Positions 59,101 through 64,000 of a stretch of 64,000 bases of DNA are shown piece after piece. The notes beneath the pieces were generated by a model. It saw only the letters and a list, made by a program, of their open reading frames with translations, did no database searches and was not told the origin of the DNA. The stretch is taken from positions 3,410,001 through 3,474,000 of the forward strand of contig CM022673.1 of NCBI GenBank assembly GCA_012295275.1. The letters are read 5' to 3'. Position 1 is the stretch's first letter. Each line of letters starts with the position of its first letter. The translations under genes and the position numbers were made by a program. Source of the DNA: Chrysomallon squamiferum (Eukaryota; Animalia; Mollusca).

Positions 59101-60628
59101 TGAAACTTCAACTGTATCGGATATGGCAACAATGGGAATTGAAGAATCTTCTTCTACCACAATTGAAACATTCTCTGGCTCGAGTCATACAGTTATGACA
59201 TCAAGAATGCAATCTACATTTCCAACCATATCAGATATACCTACAGAGGAATTTGAAGAAACATCTGGAATGACAACTGAAATTTTCGCTGAAACAGCCA
59301 AATCAACTATAATGTCAACACTTGAGAAAGAGATTGAAGAATATTCTGGCAAAACAACAGATACATTCACTGATACTAGTGAAATGACTACGAGTGGTGA
59401 AACAACAGTGACAATTTCTGAATCACTAACAGACACTACAGAAACGGCACCAGATGAGCTTACCTCTGGAGATCACACAGAAGGGGAATCTGTCACAGAG
59501 ATATCTGAATCTCCTTCTCCGGAACCAACTTACAAGAGTTTTGAAACTTCAACTGTGGAAATTAAATTGCCATCTGTATCAGTTATGGCAACAACAGAAT
59601 TTAAAGAATCTTCTGGAACATTGACAGAAGTGTTGGATGAAAGAAGTACAACAAAATCATTAATACCCTCTGTTCCAGTGGGCAATATATCAACAACTTT
59701 CAGTCCTGAAGCTGTTGTAGAGAAAGAAACTAATTTGGAAATATTCACTCAATTAACACAACCCAAAATGGATTACAGTAAAGAAAAAGAAAGTAAGGCC
59801 ACTTCTTCTCATATCACTAAAATAATGTCAGAAATGGGCTATTCATCAGATGACCAAACAGTAAGTGAATTAAGTACAATGATGCCTTTAGAATCTCTTG
59901 AATCTGAAACAGATGCATACAACAATGATCCAACTGGTAAAGATGATGAAATATTCCTCTCTGATAATACTGTTATTAAATCAGAAGATATGGCACATGC
60001 TTATGATTCTATTATTTCTGCTGAAATGAGGATTCGTGAACAAATTAGAAACCAAACACAGGATACATCTCATGGAGAAGATAAAGTGGTAAATATTCAT
60101 AACATTGATGAAACTTTAGATGAACTTGAAGGAAGTTCTTCAGATTTGACTGCTGATAGGATAGATTCAGAGGAAGCAAAAAATCATACATCTTCATTTT
60201 CAAGGTCTTTGGCACCAAACAACCAGGAAAATTTTAGTCTTCCTCTAAGCAAATCTCTTCCAATTACTGTCTTGAAAAAGGCAGAGATGATTTTTCCTTT
60301 TCAGTCTTCTGATGAGAATCTTCTGGAAGCAACCAAGATTCCATTTGTGTCATTTTCAAACAATGACAACATTGGTGACACAGTTGTGGAGTCCAGTGAT
60401 AAATTTTCACAAACAGGTGATGTTTTGCTAGAATGTGCTCAACAGTGAGATCTTGTGCTGCCTTTTGAATAGCCTCCATGCTTCATTGAACAAATCATCT
60501 CCAACTCAGTGTTAGTACATGCTTTGTCCTGTTTTGTGCTAAATGTAGCTTATATAAGTTCTATCCACTGTACCATTTTGCTGTATTAAATGTGCATTAT
60601 ATCATGCTATCATGTCTCTGTCTCTCTG

Positions 60629-60681
<53 letters not shown>

Positions 60682-62147
60682 TTGGCTGTCTATCTGTTTA
60701 TCTTTCTGTCTATAATAGATTTGTTTATTAGTGGATTTCAGGCATTTTTATGTATGTAAAGATTTTTATTTTAAAAAAATACAGTAATTTGTTTTTTATG
60801 TAATAAATGTTTTGTGTTGTGGTTCTTTGCATGTTTATGTTTGTTCATGAGAAAAGTATCAGATAGTAATATCTAAAAATATAGATGATATTTGTTTTTT
60901 CTGATGTTTGCTAGTTTTTATATATCAAATATTCATTTTATTAAAAATAAAGTCAGAGTTTGGTAAATATATTAAGAAACAAAAATATTTAGAAGCTTAA
61001 TATCTGATATTTATATATTCTAAATGAATTACTTTCATTGTATTTAAATCTGTGACAGTATGATATATGTATGTATGTGTTGTATATGTATATATGAGAT
61101 AAAGTATGGATTAGATATTTCAACTGATTTTATTTAGTTATTTATATATAATTAATATATACAATTGGGACCTTTTTATCAGGGTTGTTTTGTATTTGTT
61201 TGTTTTGGATGTTTTTTGCTGATTTTTGTCCACATTTTACATTACATATTTTCTTATTTCAGTGTTAATTCTGTCTTTTATGACATACTAACACCTTTTT
61301 TAAACATAGCCAAATGTTAAGTAGAGCATATCTTTGTCATTTAAATATGATAGAAATTGTCTATAAATTTCTTACATTTATTTTGTAATACATATTTCAA
61401 TATTATTGCTATACTTGACACTAATATGTATGCGTGTAGCACACAAAATTTTCTGTTTTCTGTTTTATTTTGTAATACATATTGAATATATTACATATTT
61501 ATTATAATTATTTATTACATATTATCTTGTGCTTTTTATGTTGCATGTATACAGTATATATATTTCTTTTTGTTGTGTAGTGTTATAGTTTTTATTGATG
61601 AAGAAGTTTGTTGCCTATGTTCCTTCTAGTCTCCAAAAGCTAAATAAATTGAAGCTTTCTTTGAAATGCTTGTGCTTCTTATTTTACTTTTTTCAGTACC
61701 CAAATGAATATGATTGGCTGATACTTTATACTGCTTTACAAAAAAACTCTGAATGTTTTTTGTATTAAAACATGTATTTAATATCTGATAAATTAGATGT
61801 TTTTATTATCTGACATGATTATGATAAAGTATCTATAATACATTTCTTCTAATTGTAAGATAAAGATTTGAAGTAAACAAATATATTCTAACTGAATTAC
61901 TTTCATTTCTTTTATACTGTATTTAAATTTGTGACATTGGAAATATAAAAATATAATACTTTGTCTACACTGCAGTAACGTTTCTTTTAATTTAAAACAA
62001 TTTTACAATAATAAAGTTAAGAGTACTGGTATTTTGTTATATTATTTCTGATGTTTTTTGTTTTGTAAGAAATACTTATTTCCATATTTATTTATTTGAT
62101 TACTTATTTATTTATTTATTTATTTATTTATTATTATTATTATTATG

Positions 62148-62191
<44 letters not shown>

Positions 62192-64000
62192 ACTTCAAAA
62201 ATCAAATTTACTTGTTTAAAACAATTGTTTTTTCTTCTTTATCTTATAGGTAAAACAACCTTAATGGATGGCCTGCTAGGAATCACAGACATAACATCTG
62301 ATGACGATATTGCCACCAGTGGTGAAGTCAAGATGATAGGTATGACATTACATACACGTTCCCGTGACACTAGTGACAAAACGACTAACAAGGCAGACGA
62401 AATGACCACACAAAGAGTCCCCTCACACACACTTGGTGTTTCAGGTACATCACACCCATCACTTATTAGAACAGAAACAGAATTCATCACAAAAGTTTCA
62501 GGTGATGAGAAATCAACAGCCTTGATGCAGTCAGATAAAGCTGCATTATTCACAACAGCAGCAACACCTGATGTTCAAGGAACTTCATTTTCTGATTTCA
62601 GTGACCAGACTTCAACTGATGGAGTGACATATGTTACTCTGAGACAAAATACAACAGAGTTAATTTCAGATGTCACTGAGGATCTGTTTGACTGGCAGGT
62701 AAATGGAACTGAAAATACAGATCTAACTCCAGTATCCATGCCAACAACCAAGCAGACAATATCAGACAAAAGTGAGACCATGCCTTTAGAAACAAAAATA
62801 TTAGAAACATATGTTTCTGAGAATTTTACAACTGTGTCACCAGATTTAAGAGACAAGCTTTCATATAGCACAGAAGTATTTACTCAGGCTTCTAATTTAA
62901 GTGATGTAAGTACCATGGAAACTGGGATCATTAACATTACTATGGATAACACAAATGATGATATTACTGAGAGCACAACAGAGTCAATGTTTTCAGATAC
63001 TGCCAGTAATGATAGCAAGACTGATGAAGTTACATCTCTGGCAACAACAGAAACACTGATATCAGAGGACAACCCAACTGCCACAATTTTTTCAGATACA
63101 GCTGCTGATAACATCACATTATATTATACAGCAAGTGTTAATGATTCATTAATGACTGATAGTACAACTACAGTAGATATAACATCACTGAGTAATGATT
63201 CAAGTAGTGAAAGTTTATCATCCATATCGGTGTTTACCAACACAACAGAATCAACAGTAGAAAGTGTGACAGAGAAACAAACAGGTACAGTTACATCAAC
63301 AGATATTTTTGACAATATATCAGATTCACCTGCAATTAATGCCACCACTGAAGATACGGAAACCACAGAATATAGTACAAGCACTGAGAATATCACAACT
63401 ATTGAATCTAAAAGTATAGGATTTTCAAATGTAACTGGAGATGCCTCAACATCTTTTAATCATAACGATACACTGATAACTGAAATTCCCAGTACAGAAA
63501 CGATATCAGGCACAACTGGAGAGCTGAGTACTTCATCTCTAGAAAGTGTGACAGATAATCAAACAGGTGCAGTAACATCAACAGAAAGTTTTGCCAATAT
63601 AACAGATTCACCTGCAATTAATGCCACCACTGAGAATATCACAACTATTGAACCTAAAAGTATAGAATTTTCAAATGTAACTGGAGATGCCTCAACATCT
63701 TTTGATCATAATGATACACTGATAACTGAAATTCCCAGTACAGAAATGATATCAGACACAACTGGAGAGCTGAGTACTTCATCTCTAGAAAGTGTGACAG
63801 ATAATCAAACAGGTGCAGTAACATCAACAGAAAGTTTTGCCAATAAAACAGATTCACCTGCAATTAATGCCACCACTGAAGATACAGAAACTACAGAGGA
63901 TAGTACAAGCACAGAGAATAGCACAACTACTGTATCTACTGAGACAAAAAGTATAGAATTTTCAAATGTAACTGGAGATGCCTCAGCATCTTTTGATCAT
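34674..64000 (+). CDS. Gene D (3'-partial, spliced): Delta/Serrate-like C2(MNNL)-DSL-7xEGF-mucin protein; exons 34674-34712, 41548-41735, 42454-42583, 42913-43067, 43548-43684, 43836-43958, 44464-44633, 45063-45234, 45737-45964, 47091-47264 or -60416, 62250->64000
   Basis: All exons join in frame with canonical sites. Motifs include SSGVIE...GSCCD...CDHKFIIC...[13 protein letters not shown] (MNNL), [14 protein letters not shown]...GHYIC...[14 protein letters not shown] (DSL), Ca-binding EGFs and an S/T/E-rich stalk. Confidence 0.85.
35110..36420. mobile_element. Probable non-autonomous transposon-derived insertion in intron 1 of gene D
   Basis: Present only in duplication copy 2, next to (AG)n; complex non-coding sequence; no TIR or transposase identified. 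Confidence 0.3.
41548..43067 (+). CDS. Gene D C2/MNNL domain exons (41548-41735, 42454-42583, 42913-43067)
   Basis: Notch-ligand N-terminal motifs and an acidic loop [15 protein letters not shown]; phases 0/2/0/2 are consistent. Confidence 0.85.
43548..43958 (+). CDS. Gene D DSL domain and EGF1 exons (43548-43684, 43836-43958)
   Basis: Six-Cys DSL pattern, then NIDDC cbEGF. Confidence 0.9.
44464..47264 (+). CDS. Gene D EGF2-7 exons (44464-44633, 45063-45234, 45737-45964, 47091-47264)
   Basis: Notch-type EGF repeats EINEC.SNPC.N.G.C.D....C.C.PGFTG..C. Confidence 0.92.
47265..60416 (+). CDS. Giant acidic mucin-like (S/T/E) exon extension of gene D, ~4,400 aa if indels are corrected
   Basis: Long S/T/E-rich ORFs 47183-48046, 48351-50174 ... 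58292-60448 broken by small indels; phase-1 donor ACAG|GTGATG at 60416. Confidence 0.72.
48400..59600 (+). repeat. Coding tandem array, 903-bp (301-aa) unit made of 462+441 bp subunits, ~12.4 copies
   Basis: The marker CCAGATGAGCTTACC recurs 13 times from ~48621 to ~59450 at ~903 bp spacing. Confidence 0.95.
62250..64000 (+). CDS. Gene D second mucin exon ([11 protein letters not shown]...), open to the window end, with N-glycosylation-rich repeats
   Basis: Acceptor ttcttttatcttatag|GT, phase 1; T/S/D/E-rich open frame; absent from the ORF track, consistent with no stop before the edge. Confidence 0.8.
63250..64000 (+). repeat. Second coding tandem repeat (~246-282 bp units)
   Basis: GAAAGTGTGACAGA...ACATCAACAGA recurs at ~63260, 63542 and 63788. 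Confidence 0.85.

Noticed and set aside
48400-59600. Regular repeat array as CRISPR or satellite
   Set aside because: No spacers; the unit length is a multiple of 3 and lies in frame within a eukaryotic exon.
48392-63863. Repeated minus-strand and alternate-frame ORFs (MSVTDSEIV..., MSLPLEITQ...)
   Set aside because: Shadow ORFs of the plus-strand mucin repeat.

Overview
Eukaryotic, very AT-rich, microsatellite-dense genomic DNA. It is probably a mollusc (gastropod-like), judged from a Pif/BMSP-type chitin-binding exon and SINE-like relics; that assignment is an inference. Most listed ORFs are microsatellite or antisense artefacts, and I reconstructed the real spliced genes by hand from GT-AG sites and intron phases. 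(1) Three related modular extracellular genes built largely from phase-1 domain exons. Gene A (- strand, 5469 to off the left edge) is SP-vWA-Ig-Ig-TSP1-... Gene B (+, 7712-9851) is SP-Ig-TSP1-GPI tail. Gene C (+, 23291-29449) is SP-TSP1-Ig-TSP1-Ig-TSP1-GPI tail, and shares its promoter and signal exon with A and its tail exon and 3' region with B. (2) A giant atypical Notch-ligand-like gene D (+, 34674 to off the right edge): SP, C2/MNNL, DSL, 7 EGF, then a ~13 kb acidic Ser/Thr/Glu mucin exon with 12+ copies of a 903-bp repeat, and a second mucin exon. (3) A segmental duplication (~9.7-20.8 kb vs ~29.3-47.9 kb) that left a decayed pseudogene copy of D, followed by a frameshifted chitin-binding (ChtBD2) exon. 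This hints that the intact gene may be a DSL-EGF-mucin-chitin-binding matrix protein. No rRNA, tRNA, CRISPR or autonomous transposon was recognised.
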